From contig LNDB01000011.1 in assembly GCA_001515265.1 (NCBI GenBank), forward strand, positions 1,848-65,847: 64,000 bases of DNA. The letters run 5' to 3'. The position numbers and the translations under genes were made by a program. A model generated the notes under the pieces. It was given only the letters and a program-made list of their open reading frames with translations, searched no databases and was not told the DNA's origin. Origin of the DNA: Candidatus Dichloromethanomonas elyunquensis. Lineage in GTDB: Bacteria > Bacillota > Desulfitobacteriia > Desulfitobacteriales > Syntrophobotulaceae. Below are positions 9,034 to 18,635 of this stretch, one piece after another. Each line of letters begins with the position of its first letter. Position 1 is the first letter of the stretch.

Positions 9034-10235
9034 TTTATCTCATTTTCCGAGTATAAGCTATACTTGTTAGGGGGTATACCTACTGCCTTCTTAAAAACTC
9101 GTGCGAAATAATTGGGATCGTTGTACCCCACCTTTTTTGCTACTTCGCTGATAGTATAGACATTAGCGAGTAGCAATTTTTTTGTTTCTTCTATGCGCAC
9201 TTTTGTTAAATAATTAATAAAACTCATTCCTGTATAGCTCTTAAAACCGTGGCTGAAATAATAAGGATTCAGATGGATGTAACTGGCTACTTCCTCTAGT
9301 GTCAGAGGTTTAAAATAATTCTTGTGAATATACTGCAGGGAGTTTTCAAAGGAGGAAAGGTTTTTCTTTTTGCGGGTGGCAAAAATTTCTCTGCCTATGT
9401 TTTCTACAGTCTTTTCCATGCAGCGGGATAGCTCGTTTGCCGTGTCACACTCAGCCAGGATGCGGATGGTAGTGGCGCTGATATCTGATAATCGCTCTAC
9501 GCTAGCCCCAGTTTCCACCCCTACCTTGATCAGCATGATCGTGATATCAATAAGCCTGGTTTTGATAAAAAGCGGATTGATATTGTTTACGGCGAAACTT
9601 CGAGCCAGCATATCGTGAATAATTTTAAAGGCCTCGTGGGAATTGCCGTTAAGTATTTTCACGGTCAGTTCAGACTCTATTTCCTCAGAAAAAATGTCCA
9701 AGTTCTCAGAATATGGAAAAATTTGCGAGACGTGAATGACCTGTCCGCCTTGAGTGAAGAATTTACGGGAGCATGCACTTTGCGCCTCTTTATAGGACAA
9801 ATGGATATTCAAGATATCATGGTAGGGGCGCCCTACTCCCACCGTTACAGTATACGCTGTTTCTCGCTGTACCCTATTAATAACCAGGGCACCCAGGGCC
9901 AGTCCTTCCTCCAAATCACCTTTGCCTGCTTGTTCAATTCTTACAAGTAGAGCAAAGGTCTCATCGGAGATATTGATGACATAAAGAGGAATTTCCTGGG
10001 TCAGTTGTTCTAGGATAGCAAGAATATTTTGCCTTATTCTTTGTCTTTGCAACTCACTTTTATTTGAAGTCAGTGAGTAGAAATTATCGATAGTGAGTAC
10101 TAAAACGGTGTTAATATTTACATCAATGTGCAGGAGTTTTTTCAAACGTATGACTTCCCTGGCATTACTTATGTTATTAAAAAGTAAATCGCGTAAAAAG
10201 CCGCGTTGGGCATAACTGTATAATGACCTAATCAT
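9030..10235 (-). CDS. AraC-family transcriptional regulator with a large N-terminal sensor region
   Basis: C-terminal double HTH (LTLEEVASYIHLNPYYFSHGFK...ISEVAKKVGYNDPNYFARVFKK). Start placed at the internal ATG (MIRSLYSYAQ), because the longer ORF runs into the upstream urocanase gene. Confidence 0.8.
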   Translation of the reverse strand: MIRSLYSYAQRGFLRDLLFNNISNAREVIRLKKLLHIDVNINTVLVLTIDNFYSLTSNKSELQRQRIRQNILAILEQLTQEIPLYVINISDETFALLVRIEQAGKGDLEEGLALGALVINRVQRETAYTVTVGVGRPYHDILNIHLSYKEAQSACSRKFFTQGGQVIHVSQIFPYSENLDIFSEEIESELTVKILNGNSHEAFKIIHDMLARSFAVNNINPLFIKTRLIDITIMLIKVGVETGASVERLSDISATTIRILAECDTANELSRCMEKTVENIGREIFATRKKKNLSSFENSLQYIHKNYFKPLTLEEVASYIHLNPYYFSHGFKSYTGMSFINYLTKVRIEETKKLLLANVYTISEVAKKVGYNDPNYFARVFKKAVGIPPNKYSLYSENEIN

Positions 10236-11874
10236 AGGATGTACCCTCGTTGCCTGGGATTTTAAACCCTTTCTGCCGTAGGTTCTTTCGCGCGACAGGG
10301 TATCCGGCATCGGCATAGCGGACAATACCCAGCCCAGGATCCCACTTAAGGACAAGGTTAAGCTTCTCCTGTGCCGTTTCGCTTCCGTCAGCGATAATGC
10401 TCATGCCGGAGTGAATGGAGTAGCCAATACCAACACCACCGCCCTGATAGATTCCCACCAGAGTTGCACCGCAACTGGCATTCAGCAGTGCGTTTAACAC
10501 AGGCCAGTCAGCAATGGCATCCGAACCGTCAAGCATTTTCTCTGTTTCCCGATAAGGAGAAGCTACTGAACCCGCATCCATGTGGTCTCGGGTAATGGCA
10601 ATAGGAGCACTTAACTTACCGCTTCTCACCATCTCATTTATTACTTGGCCAAAAAGAGGCCGTTCTTCGAAATTCAGCCAGCATACCCGGGCGGGAAGAC
10701 CGTGAAAGGTGAAACGTTGTTGAACGAACTCGACCCATTCACGAAGTTTTTGGTCATAGGGAAAAAGTTTTAGGATAACGTCATCAGTTTTATAAATATC
10801 TTCTGGATCACCCGACAATGCAATCCAGCGGAAAGGACCGCGCCCTTCGCAGAAGAGGGGTCTTAAATATTTTGTGATAAAGTTAGGGAAGCAGAAAGCA
10901 TCGATCACCCCGGCTTTTTTGGCAGCTCCCCGGATATTGTTGCCGTAATCAAAAACCACAGAACCCTTTTTCATGAAAGAAATCATTGTTTTCAAATGAC
11001 GAGCGAGGGTAATTCTAATTAACTGCTCATAATGTTCCGGGTTGCTTTCTCTGAGAGAGGCTGCTTCTTCTGGTTTCACACCCGTAGGTATATAACTGTT
11101 GTAAACATCGTGAGCAGGGGTCTGATCTGTTACGACATCGGGTTTAATGCTGCGGGTCAGGATTTGTTCATATATATCAGCTGCGTTACCGACCAAACCA
11201 ATGGAGAGAGGTTCTTTTCGTTGAACAAAGTCTTGTATGTAATCGAGAGCTTCATCAAGCGATTCTGCCATAATATCAATCATGCTGGTATGCAGACGTT
11301 TTTTCACGACTTGCTTGTCCACATCCACTACCAAGCAGACCCCCCCGTTGGCTGTGACTGCGATGGGCTGGGCACTGCCCATTTCTCCCAATCCGGAAGT
11401 TAGAATCAGTTTGCCACTCAATGTACCTGCAAAATGCTCCATGGACACTTGTTTAAAGGTCTCCCATGTTCCCTGCATGATGCCTTGAGTGCCTATATAT
11501 GACCAGGAGGCTGCCGTCGATTGGCCAAAGGTCGTAAGATTCTTTTTTGCGAGTTCAAAATAGGTCTCCCAAGTACACCACTTGGGGACAAGCATAGTGC
11601 CAGACATCAAAACCCGGGGTGCCATGCGGTTAGTCAAAAAGATGCCTACCGGTTTACCAGACTGGATTAGTAAGGTTTCATTATCTTCCAGACTGCGAAG
11701 GGCATCTTTTATACGATGTAGCGATTCATAATCGCGGACGGCTCTGCCCGTACCTCCATAGACGATGAATTCATTGGGCAATTTGGCAATATCAGGATCA
11801 AGGCAGTTTTCCAACATGCGCAAGATACCTTCTTGCTGCCATCCTTTGCATCGTAATGTTAGTGAACTGCTCAT
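10228..11874 (-). CDS. Urocanate hydratase family protein, divergent paralog
   Basis: 548 aa, colinear with the hutU copy at 21054. Shares [35 protein letters not shown] and ITRDHMDAGSVASPYRETE. The conserved [13 protein letters not shown] block reads FGQSTAASWSYIG. Confidence 0.85.
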   Translation of the reverse strand: MSSSLTLRCKGWQQEGILRMLENCLDPDIAKLPNEFIVYGGTGRAVRDYESLHRIKDALRSLEDNETLLIQSGKPVGIFLTNRMAPRVLMSGTMLVPKWCTWETYFELAKKNLTTFGQSTAASWSYIGTQGIMQGTWETFKQVSMEHFAGTLSGKLILTSGLGEMGSAQPIAVTANGGVCLVVDVDKQVVKKRLHTSMIDIMAESLDEALDYIQDFVQRKEPLSIGLVGNAADIYEQILTRSIKPDVVTDQTPAHDVYNSYIPTGVKPEEAASLRESNPEHYEQLIRITLARHLKTMISFMKKGSVVFDYGNNIRGAAKKAGVIDAFCFPNFITKYLRPLFCEGRGPFRWIALSGDPEDIYKTDDVILKLFPYDQKLREWVEFVQQRFTFHGLPARVCWLNFEERPLFGQVINEMVRSGKLSAPIAITRDHMDAGSVASPYRETEKMLDGSDAIADWPVLNALLNASCGATLVGIYQGGGVGIGYSIHSGMSIIADGSETAQEKLNLVLKWDPGLGIVRYADAGYPVARKNLRQKGFKIPGNEGTSYD

Positions 11875-11903
11875 TTTGAGTCAACTCCAATCAGCGCGTT
11901 TGT

Positions 11904-11920
11904 GAATACGAAGGGTATTC
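11904..11920. promoter_or_regulatory. Inverted repeat GAATAC-N5-GTATTC in the divergent urocanase promoter region (candidate operator)
   Basis: Perfect 6-bp arms at 11904-11909 and 11915-11920, inside the 188-bp gap between divergently transcribed genes. Confidence 0.25.
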
Positions 11921-12062
11921 AATACTATTATATATTAATATTTTTCTAATAGAGCAAAATAATCCTGTTGCAAGTACTTTTTTTTGCAGATAGTAATTTG
12001 GAATAATAAAATAAGACCATTTTATGTACGGCTGATTTGCAAAAGTTTAAGGGGGATTTGAT

Positions 12063-14090
12063 GTGATAAAGAATTTTGATATTTCCCGCTCGATGACAGT
12101 GAAGTTGGCATGTGAACTGCCGCCTGCTCCTTGCTTTGCTGAGGGTGTTAGAAGGGCACCTGACCGTGGATTCCGGTTAACCCAAGCCCAGACCGAAATA
12201 GCCCTAAAAAACGCGCTTCGTTATCTTCCTGAGGAGCTGCATGACAAAATGGCACCTGAATTTATGGAGGAGCTCTTTACTAGGGGACGGATTTATGCTT
12301 ATCGTTATCGCCCGGAGGGCAGGATTTATGGAAAGCCTATTACGGAATATAAGGGGAACTGTTTAGCCGGCAAAGCCTTTCAGGTTATGATTGACAATAA
12401 CCTGGATTTAGATGTGGCACTTTACCCCTATGAACTGGTTACATATGGGGAAACCGGAAGTGTTTTTCAAAATTGGCTGCAATACCGTTTGATAAAAAAA
12501 TATCTCGAAATTATGACTGATTATCAGACGCTGGTCGTTGAATCCGGACATCCCTTGGGGCTTTTTCCATCCAAGCCGGAATCTCCTCGCGTAATTATCA
12601 CCAATGCCCTGATGGTGGGTATGTTTGATAACCAGTATGACTGGGAGATAGCCGAGCAGATGGGTGTTGCAAACTATGGGCAGATGACTGCCGGCGGCTG
12701 GATGTACATAGGACCGCAAGGAATTGTGCATGGAACCTTCAACACAATCTTAAATGCCGGGCGTCAGAAATTGGCAATTCCTGAGGATCAGGATCTGCGC
12801 GGTTATCTTTTTGTTTCTTCTGGACTCGGCGGAATGAGCGGTGCGCAGCCGAAAGCTGTAGAAATAGCTAATGGCGTTGGTATTATTGCCGAAGTAGACT
12901 ATTCCCGGATTGAGACACGTTATAAGCAGGGCTGGGTAAGCAAGGTTTCATCGAATCGGGACGAAGTTTTCCGTATTGCGTTAGAATATAAACGGAAGAA
13001 AGAGCCGATTTCTATCGCATATCATGGGAATATTGTGGATCTGTTGGAGTATTCAGTAAGTGCAGACATAAAGATTGACTTGCTATCCGACCAGACTTCT
13101 TGTCACGCCCCTTATGAGGGAGGGTATTGTCCGCAGGGTATTTCCTTTGAGGAACGAACACAGATGTTGGCCAATGATCGCGAGAGATTTCGTGGCCTCG
13201 TAGATAGTACTTTACAACGCCATTTCTACTTGATTAAAACTCTGGTGGAAAGAGGCACTTACTTTTTTGACTATGGCAATTCTTTTATGAAAGCAGTTTA
13301 TGATACCGGCGTAAAAGAAATCTCCAAAAATGGCGTAGACGAAAAGGATGGCTTTATTTTTCCGTCCTACGTTGAGGATATTATGGGACCTGAGCTTTTT
13401 GATTATGGATATGGGCCTTTCAGATGGGTTTGTCTTTCCGGGAAGCCTGAAGACCTGACAAAGACAGACAACGCCGCTATGGACTGTATAGATCCAAACA
13501 GACGGGGACAGGATCGTGATAATTATATCTGGATCAGAGATGCTAAAAAAAACAAGCTGGTAGTAGGCACTCAAGCCAGGATTCTATACCAGGATGCTGA
13601 AGGTCGCAAGCGCATCGCTCTAAGATTTAATGAGATGGTGCGTAAAGGAGAAATAGGTCCGGTGATGTTGGGCCGCGACCACCATGATGTCAGCGGAACC
13701 GACTCTCCTTTTCGGGAGACATCGAATATCAAAGACGGCAGTAATGTGATGGCGGACATGTCAGTGCAGTGTTTTGCCGGAAACGCGGCGCGGGGTATGA
13801 GCTTGGTAGCTCTTCATAATGGCGGCGGCGTCGGCATAGGTAAATCCATCAACGGTGGTTTTGGGTTACTGTTGGACGGCACATTGAAAGCAGATGAAAC
13901 GATCCAATCCGCCTTGCTATGGGATGTTATAGGAGGGGTGGCGCGGAGAGCTTGGGCCAGAAATGATCATTCTATCATCACCAGCATGGATTTTAACAAA
14001 AAATATAAAGGGCAGGGTCATATAACCCTTCCTTATTTACCCAGGGAAGGGTTAGTGGATGAACTGGTAAAAAAAGCTTTTCAGAAATAA
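12063..14090 (+). CDS. Urocanate hydratase, long (about 675 aa) form
   Basis: GTG start 7 nt after AAGGGGGA. Carries YGQMTAGGWMYIGPQGIVHGT, GYGPFRWVCLSG, LGRDHHDVSGTDSPFRETSN and HNGGGVGIG. Its length and N-terminal extension match the long eukaryote/Bacteroidetes-type urocanases. Confidence 0.85.
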   Translation: MIKNFDISRSMTVKLACELPPAPCFAEGVRRAPDRGFRLTQAQTEIALKNALRYLPEELHDKMAPEFMEELFTRGRIYAYRYRPEGRIYGKPITEYKGNCLAGKAFQVMIDNNLDLDVALYPYELVTYGETGSVFQNWLQYRLIKKYLEIMTDYQTLVVESGHPLGLFPSKPESPRVIITNALMVGMFDNQYDWEIAEQMGVANYGQMTAGGWMYIGPQGIVHGTFNTILNAGRQKLAIPEDQDLRGYLFVSSGLGGMSGAQPKAVEIANGVGIIAEVDYSRIETRYKQGWVSKVSSNRDEVFRIALEYKRKKEPISIAYHGNIVDLLEYSVSADIKIDLLSDQTSCHAPYEGGYCPQGISFEERTQMLANDRERFRGLVDSTLQRHFYLIKTLVERGTYFFDYGNSFMKAVYDTGVKEISKNGVDEKDGFIFPSYVEDIMGPELFDYGYGPFRWVCLSGKPEDLTKTDNAAMDCIDPNRRGQDRDNYIWIRDAKKNKLVVGTQARILYQDAEGRKRIALRFNEMVRKGEIGPVMLGRDHHDVSGTDSPFRETSNIKDGSNVMADMSVQCFAGNAARGMSLVALHNGGGVGIGKSINGGFGLLLDGTLKADETIQSALLWDVIGGVARRAWARNDHSIITSMDFNKKYKGQGHITLPYLPREGLVDELVKKAFQK

Positions 14091-14110
14091 GCTGATGGCT
14101 GGAAGAGAGG

Positions 14111-15022
14111 ATGCGGAGGATGTCAAAACTTGTTGAGTGTATAATGAATTTCAGCGAAGGCAGGAACACGGAGGTAATAGGGGAACTGGGTGAGACTATA
14201 TCGTCTATACCGGGAGTATTGCTATTGGACCACTCTGCAGATCAGAATCATCATCGCAGTGTGTTTACCTTTGTCGGCACTCCAGAAAAGGCAATAGAAG
14301 CAGCGTTTCAGGCGGCTAAAATTGCGGTAGAACGGATAGATTTGACTAAGCATCAAGGCGAACACCCCAGAATGGGGGCAGTTGATGTCATACCTTTTGT
14401 ACCGATTAAAGAAATGAGCATGGCGGAATGTGTAACCTTATCACGAGAGCTAGGCCAAAGAATTTACGATCAGCTAGGTTTGCCTGTTTTTCTCTATGAG
14501 GAGTCAGCCTCAGCGCCACATCGCAGGAATTTGGCCGATATCCGTCGGGGTGAGTTTGAGGGTATGCCGGAGAAGTTGCTGTTATCTAACTGGAAGCCGG
14601 ATTTCGGTGGCGTAAGTATCCATCCTACGGCGGGGGTAGTGGCCATAGGGGCTCGGATGCCGCTGGTGGCCTATAATATCAATCTGAATACTTCAGACTT
14701 AAACATTGCTAAAGCGATTGCCAAAATTATTCGCGAATCCAGCGGGGGCTTACAATGCGTTAAGTCCATCGGCGTTATGCTGGAGGATCGCAATCTAGTC
14801 CAAGTGTCAATCAATATGACCAACTACGAAACAACGCCGATTTACCGCGTTTTTGAAATGGTTAGGATAGAAGCTCAGCGCTATGGGGTAAGCATCGCCG
14901 GAAGCGAAATAATTGGTCTTACGCCGATGAATGCCCTCATTGATTCAGCCATGTACTACTTGCAGCTGGAAGGCTTTGACTCGTCAAAACAGGTTCTGGA
15001 GAACTATCTCCTGCAAGGATAG
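14111..15022 (+). CDS. Glutamate formimidoyltransferase (FtcD N-terminal type)
   Basis: KLVECIMNFSEGRN N-terminal signature of formiminotransferases; about 300 aa, stand-alone. Confidence 0.88.
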   Translation: MRRMSKLVECIMNFSEGRNTEVIGELGETISSIPGVLLLDHSADQNHHRSVFTFVGTPEKAIEAAFQAAKIAVERIDLTKHQGEHPRMGAVDVIPFVPIKEMSMAECVTLSRELGQRIYDQLGLPVFLYEESASAPHRRNLADIRRGEFEGMPEKLLLSNWKPDFGGVSIHPTAGVVAIGARMPLVAYNINLNTSDLNIAKAIAKIIRESSGGLQCVKSIGVMLEDRNLVQVSINMTNYETTPIYRVFEMVRIEAQRYGVSIAGSEIIGLTPMNALIDSAMYYLQLEGFDSSKQVLENYLLQG

Positions 15023-15048
15023 GAAAGCTCACGAAAGGCGGGATATCC

Positions 15049-16311
15049 ATGCCTGGAAAAATTGATTTACTGGTACGCAATATCGGTTTGCTGGCAACAC
15101 CTCTAGGCAACGAAGCTAAGGGAGGTAAGAAACAAAGTAATATTCTGCTGATACAGAATGCGTATATCGCTGTCTCAGATGGTCGAATTATTAAAGTGGG
15201 TATAGATAATGAATATAATAAAGACATATCCAGTTTTCACACTCGCGTAATCGATGCCAAGCATTCCCTGGTTACACCAGGGTTAGTTGATGCCCACACT
15301 CACTTAATCTTTGCCGGATGGCGGCAGAAAGAGCTTTCCTTAAAGCTGAAAGGATATACCTATCTGGATATCTTAAAGCAGGGCGGAGGAATCCTTAGCA
15401 CAGTGCAGTCTACCCGTAAGGCAAGCCTGGAGGAATTAGTGGAGAACGGGAGTCATGCCCTTGATATTATGCTGGCCCATGGTACTACTACCTGTGAGGT
15501 CAAGAGCGGATATGGTCTAACTGTCGAAGATGAACTTAAATCACTGCAAGCGATACGCGAATTGCATAAAAGCCAGAATGTGGAGCTTGCGGCTACTTTT
15601 ATGGGGGCTCATGCTATACCGGAAGAATTCAAGAATAATAAAAAAGGCTATATAGAACTGATTTGTACCCAGATGATTCCCCAGGTTGCCAAGCAGGGCA
15701 TCGCCGAATTTTGTGATGTTTTTTGTGAAGACAGTGTATTTGACTTAGCAGAATCGCGGCAGATATTGAAATGCGGTAAGTCTTACGGACTCATCCCCAA
15801 AATACATGCCGATGAGATAACGTCGATGGGAGGAGCGCGTATTGCCGGGGAAGTAGCCGCTATCTCCGCTGAACACTTGATTCATGCCGGTGAAGAAGAG
15901 CTGGAAGCCATGTCCCACAGTAACACTATTGCCGTATTACTGCCGGGAACTTCACTTTATCTGGGCGAGGATTTCGCCCAGGCTATGCGTATGAAAGAAC
16001 TAAATATACCCGTAGCTATTGCCACAGACTTCAACCCGGGTTCCTGCCCGACTGAATCTTTACAGCTGCCTATGACGCTGGCCTGTTTAAAATACAAGCT
16101 TTCACCAGAGGAAGTGCTTACTGCGGTAACTCTCAATGCAGCTGCTGCTGTTGCTAGGGCCGAACAGGTGGGAACGATTGAAAAAGGCAAACAGGCAGAT
16201 TTCGTAATCTGGAACGCCCCGGATTTGGAATTCCTTTTCTACCACTATGGTGTTAACCTAGTTAATCAAGTTATCAAGAAAGGCAGAATAGTAGTTGACA
16301 GAAGCTGCTAA
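15049..16311 (+). CDS. hutI: Imidazolonepropionase
   Basis: PGLVDAHTHLIFAGWR, KIHADE and ATDFNPGS motifs of the HutI amidohydrolases; 420 aa. Confidence 0.92.
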   Translation: MPGKIDLLVRNIGLLATPLGNEAKGGKKQSNILLIQNAYIAVSDGRIIKVGIDNEYNKDISSFHTRVIDAKHSLVTPGLVDAHTHLIFAGWRQKELSLKLKGYTYLDILKQGGGILSTVQSTRKASLEELVENGSHALDIMLAHGTTTCEVKSGYGLTVEDELKSLQAIRELHKSQNVELAATFMGAHAIPEEFKNNKKGYIELICTQMIPQVAKQGIAEFCDVFCEDSVFDLAESRQILKCGKSYGLIPKIHADEITSMGGARIAGEVAAISAEHLIHAGEEELEAMSHSNTIAVLLPGTSLYLGEDFAQAMRMKELNIPVAIATDFNPGSCPTESLQLPMTLACLKYKLSPEEVLTAVTLNAAAAVARAEQVGTIEKGKQADFVIWNAPDLEFLFYHYGVNLVNQVIKKGRIVVDRSC

Positions 16312-16425
16312 GAGGAATTTTATATGGCGAAAAAGAAGAAAGGGGGATGAGAACTGAAAGGGAATAAGAACAGATCATATCTGGTTGTTTTCGGTTATTA
16401 TTAGAAAATGAAGAGGGGGAGAAAA

Positions 16426-17679
16426 ATGAAAAAGATTAAAATTATTTCCGCTATTGTAATGCTGATGTTTTTGTTGACTCAAGTATTAGGTTGTAGCGGA
16501 GGCCAAAAGGCTGCTCCTGTTGAAGAGACCATTAGAATAGGAACGATCTTTCCTTTAAGTGGTCCGTCTGCCTTAAATGGACAGGATACTTTTGACGGTG
16601 CCGACATTGCCAGAGAATTGTTTAATGATAAAGGCGGTATCAATGGCAAAAAAGTTGTTTATGTGTCGGCAGACGCGCCTGACGCAAACGCTGCTACCCA
16701 GGAAGCCGATCGTCTGATAAGTAAAGAAAAAGTACCGGTTATTCTCGGGACTCAGTCCAGTTCTCTGGCTTTTGCGGCCAGTGCAGTAGCGGAAAGAAAT
16801 AAGGTCGTTTACTGGGAAGTTGAAGGTATTGCCGATAACATTACCTCCCGTAATTTCAAGTACGTTTTTAGGTCGACCTTCAGCGCATCCAATATGGGTC
16901 TCCAGATGGTGAATTTTGTTAAGGACGTCTACGCTCCTAAAATGGGAAAAACGATTCAAGACCTAAAAATCGCCCTGGTTTATGAAGACGGAGCTTTCGG
17001 GAGCTCCACGGCTAAAACCATTCAGGATTTGTCCAAAGAATTGGGCTTCACCTTTGTTAAGGAAGCCAGTTACAGTGCAAAGTCCAACGAGTTAAACTCA
17101 CTTGTTATTGATCTGAAAGCGAAAAAGCCGGACGTGCTTTTTGCCGCTTCTTATGTTAACGATGCCATTCTTCTTTCTAGAACCTCAGAAGAACTTGGCT
17201 TTAAACCCGGCATAATTATCGGTACCACTGCCGGACATGGAACTCCCGACTATGTCAAAGCTATGGGAGACAAATCCAACGGCGTATTCGCAGCTGGAAT
17301 TCCCAATGCGGTTAATCCGGATAATATGAAACCCGAACAAAAAGACCTTTACAATGAACTGACTAAGCGTTATAAGGCCAAGAGAAATAAAGACATCAGC
17401 GTTAACGTGCTGAATGGTTTCAACGGTGCCTGGATTCTCCTTTCTAAGGTCCTCCCCAATGCTAAGGAAATGACAGCTGACAACATCAGGGATGTTGCCC
17501 TTAATACTACTATGGCTAAAGGTGATACAGTGCTGGGCTATGGGGTCAAATTTGCCGGACCTGATGCTCCCAATTCTGGACAAAACGTGGAAGCCTTTGC
17601 AGGGGTTATGCAATGGCAGGAAGGGAAATTATATACGGTATTTCCTGAAATCATCGCTCTCAAACAACCGAAATTCTAA
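16426..17679 (+). CDS. ABC transporter substrate-binding lipoprotein (LivJ/branched-chain amino-acid family)
   Basis: GGGGGAG RBS before ATG 16426. Signal peptide with lipobox LGCSGG. Type-I periplasmic binding fold sequence (IRIGTIFPLSGP). Confidence 0.85.
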   Translation: MKKIKIISAIVMLMFLLTQVLGCSGGQKAAPVEETIRIGTIFPLSGPSALNGQDTFDGADIARELFNDKGGINGKKVVYVSADAPDANAATQEADRLISKEKVPVILGTQSSSLAFAASAVAERNKVVYWEVEGIADNITSRNFKYVFRSTFSASNMGLQMVNFVKDVYAPKMGKTIQDLKIALVYEDGAFGSSTAKTIQDLSKELGFTFVKEASYSAKSNELNSLVIDLKAKKPDVLFAASYVNDAILLSRTSEELGFKPGIIIGTTAGHGTPDYVKAMGDKSNGVFAAGIPNAVNPDNMKPEQKDLYNELTKRYKAKRNKDISVNVLNGFNGAWILLSKVLPNAKEMTADNIRDVALNTTMAKGDTVLGYGVKFAGPDAPNSGQNVEAFAGVMQWQEGKLYTVFPEIIALKQPKF

Positions 17680-17702
17680 GAAGTAACTGGTAGCAGGTGG
17701 TT

Positions 17703-17731
17703 AAGGAGAAGGGGCCTGTTTCCTTCTCCTT
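17703..17731 (+). promoter_or_regulatory. Perfect 10-bp stem-loop between the binding-protein and permease genes (intra-operon attenuator or RNA stabiliser)
   Basis: AAGGAGAAGG (17703-17712), 9-nt loop, CCTTCTCCTT (17722-17731). No clear T-tract follows. Confidence 0.5.
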
Positions 17732-17757
17732 GCACCGAACTCGGAAGGGGGGGGATA

Positions 17758-18633
17758 ATTATTTCTATCTATCTGCAGCTCGTCCTATCAGGGATTCTTT
17801 TCGGTGGCATTTATGCGCTGGTCAGTATTGGCCTTACCCTCATTATGGGTGTAATGGATATTACCAATTTTGCTCACGGCGAATACTTAATGCTCAGCCT
17901 TTATGCCAGTTTTTGGCTTTTTGAATTTTTTCATATCGACCCTTATCTATCTGTTTTGCTTGTGATACCTTTGATGTTTCTCCTGGGACTCCTGACGGAA
18001 AAGTTTTTAATTAGGCCAACTATCGGGAAACCCATGTTTATTCATATTTTTGTGACTCTCGGTCTATCGGTTATTCTCCAAAACCTTGCTTTACTGCTGT
18101 GGTCAGGAAATTTCCGGACCATTCAGGTACCTTTTGCTACGCATACGATTAATTTTGGTGACATATCTATCAGTACGCCCCGCCTTATTATCTTCATGGT
18201 GACCTTGACAGTGGCATATCTGATTCATCTTTTTCTAAATTATACATGGATGGGTAAGGCCATACGTGCTACCTCGCAAAATCGAAATTCCGCCCAGTTG
18301 ATGGGGATAAACATCAACCGGGTCTTTATGGTTACTTTCGCACTGGGTACAGCCTGCTTAGGGATTGCAGGACCGCTTCTGATGCCTATTTACTACGTTT
18401 ATCCCACTATTGGGTTCCAGTTCGTATTAGTGGCCTTTGTGGCAGTAGTAATGGGTGGACTAGGCAGCGTTAAGGGAGCCGTTCTGGCCAGCATGCTGAT
18501 TGGTATTATTGAAACTTTAAGCGGATATTTCCTTGACCCTGCCATGAAGCAGGCAATTTATTTCTTGCTCTTTATACTTGTATTGATCTTCAAGCCCAGT
18601 GGTATTTTTGGCGAGGAAGGCAAGGTGGTTTAA
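17758..18633 (+). CDS. Branched-chain amino-acid ABC permease (LivH type)
   Basis: The conserved LivH N-terminus IYLQLVLSGILFGGIYALVSIGLTLIMG is in frame upstream of the first ATG (17845). The only candidate starts after the G8 RBS-like run are ATA/ATT/ATT at 17755-17763. Confidence 0.75.
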   Translation: MISIYLQLVLSGILFGGIYALVSIGLTLIMGVMDITNFAHGEYLMLSLYASFWLFEFFHIDPYLSVLLVIPLMFLLGLLTEKFLIRPTIGKPMFIHIFVTLGLSVILQNLALLLWSGNFRTIQVPFATHTINFGDISISTPRLIIFMVTLTVAYLIHLFLNYTWMGKAIRATSQNRNSAQLMGININRVFMVTFALGTACLGIAGPLLMPIYYVYPTIGFQFVLVAFVAVVMGGLGSVKGAVLASMLIGIIETLSGYFLDPAMKQAIYFLLFILVLIFKPSGIFGEEGKVV

Positions 18634-18635
18634 AA

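Noticed and set aside
17697-17924. 75-aa ORF beginning at GTG 17697, and the N-terminal extension of the 19472 ORF.
   Set aside because: Both are out-of-frame overlaps with conserved permease-coding sequence. The first runs through the intergenic hairpin. The livG-type gene clearly starts at ATG 19613 (MLSVRGIHKAYGG).
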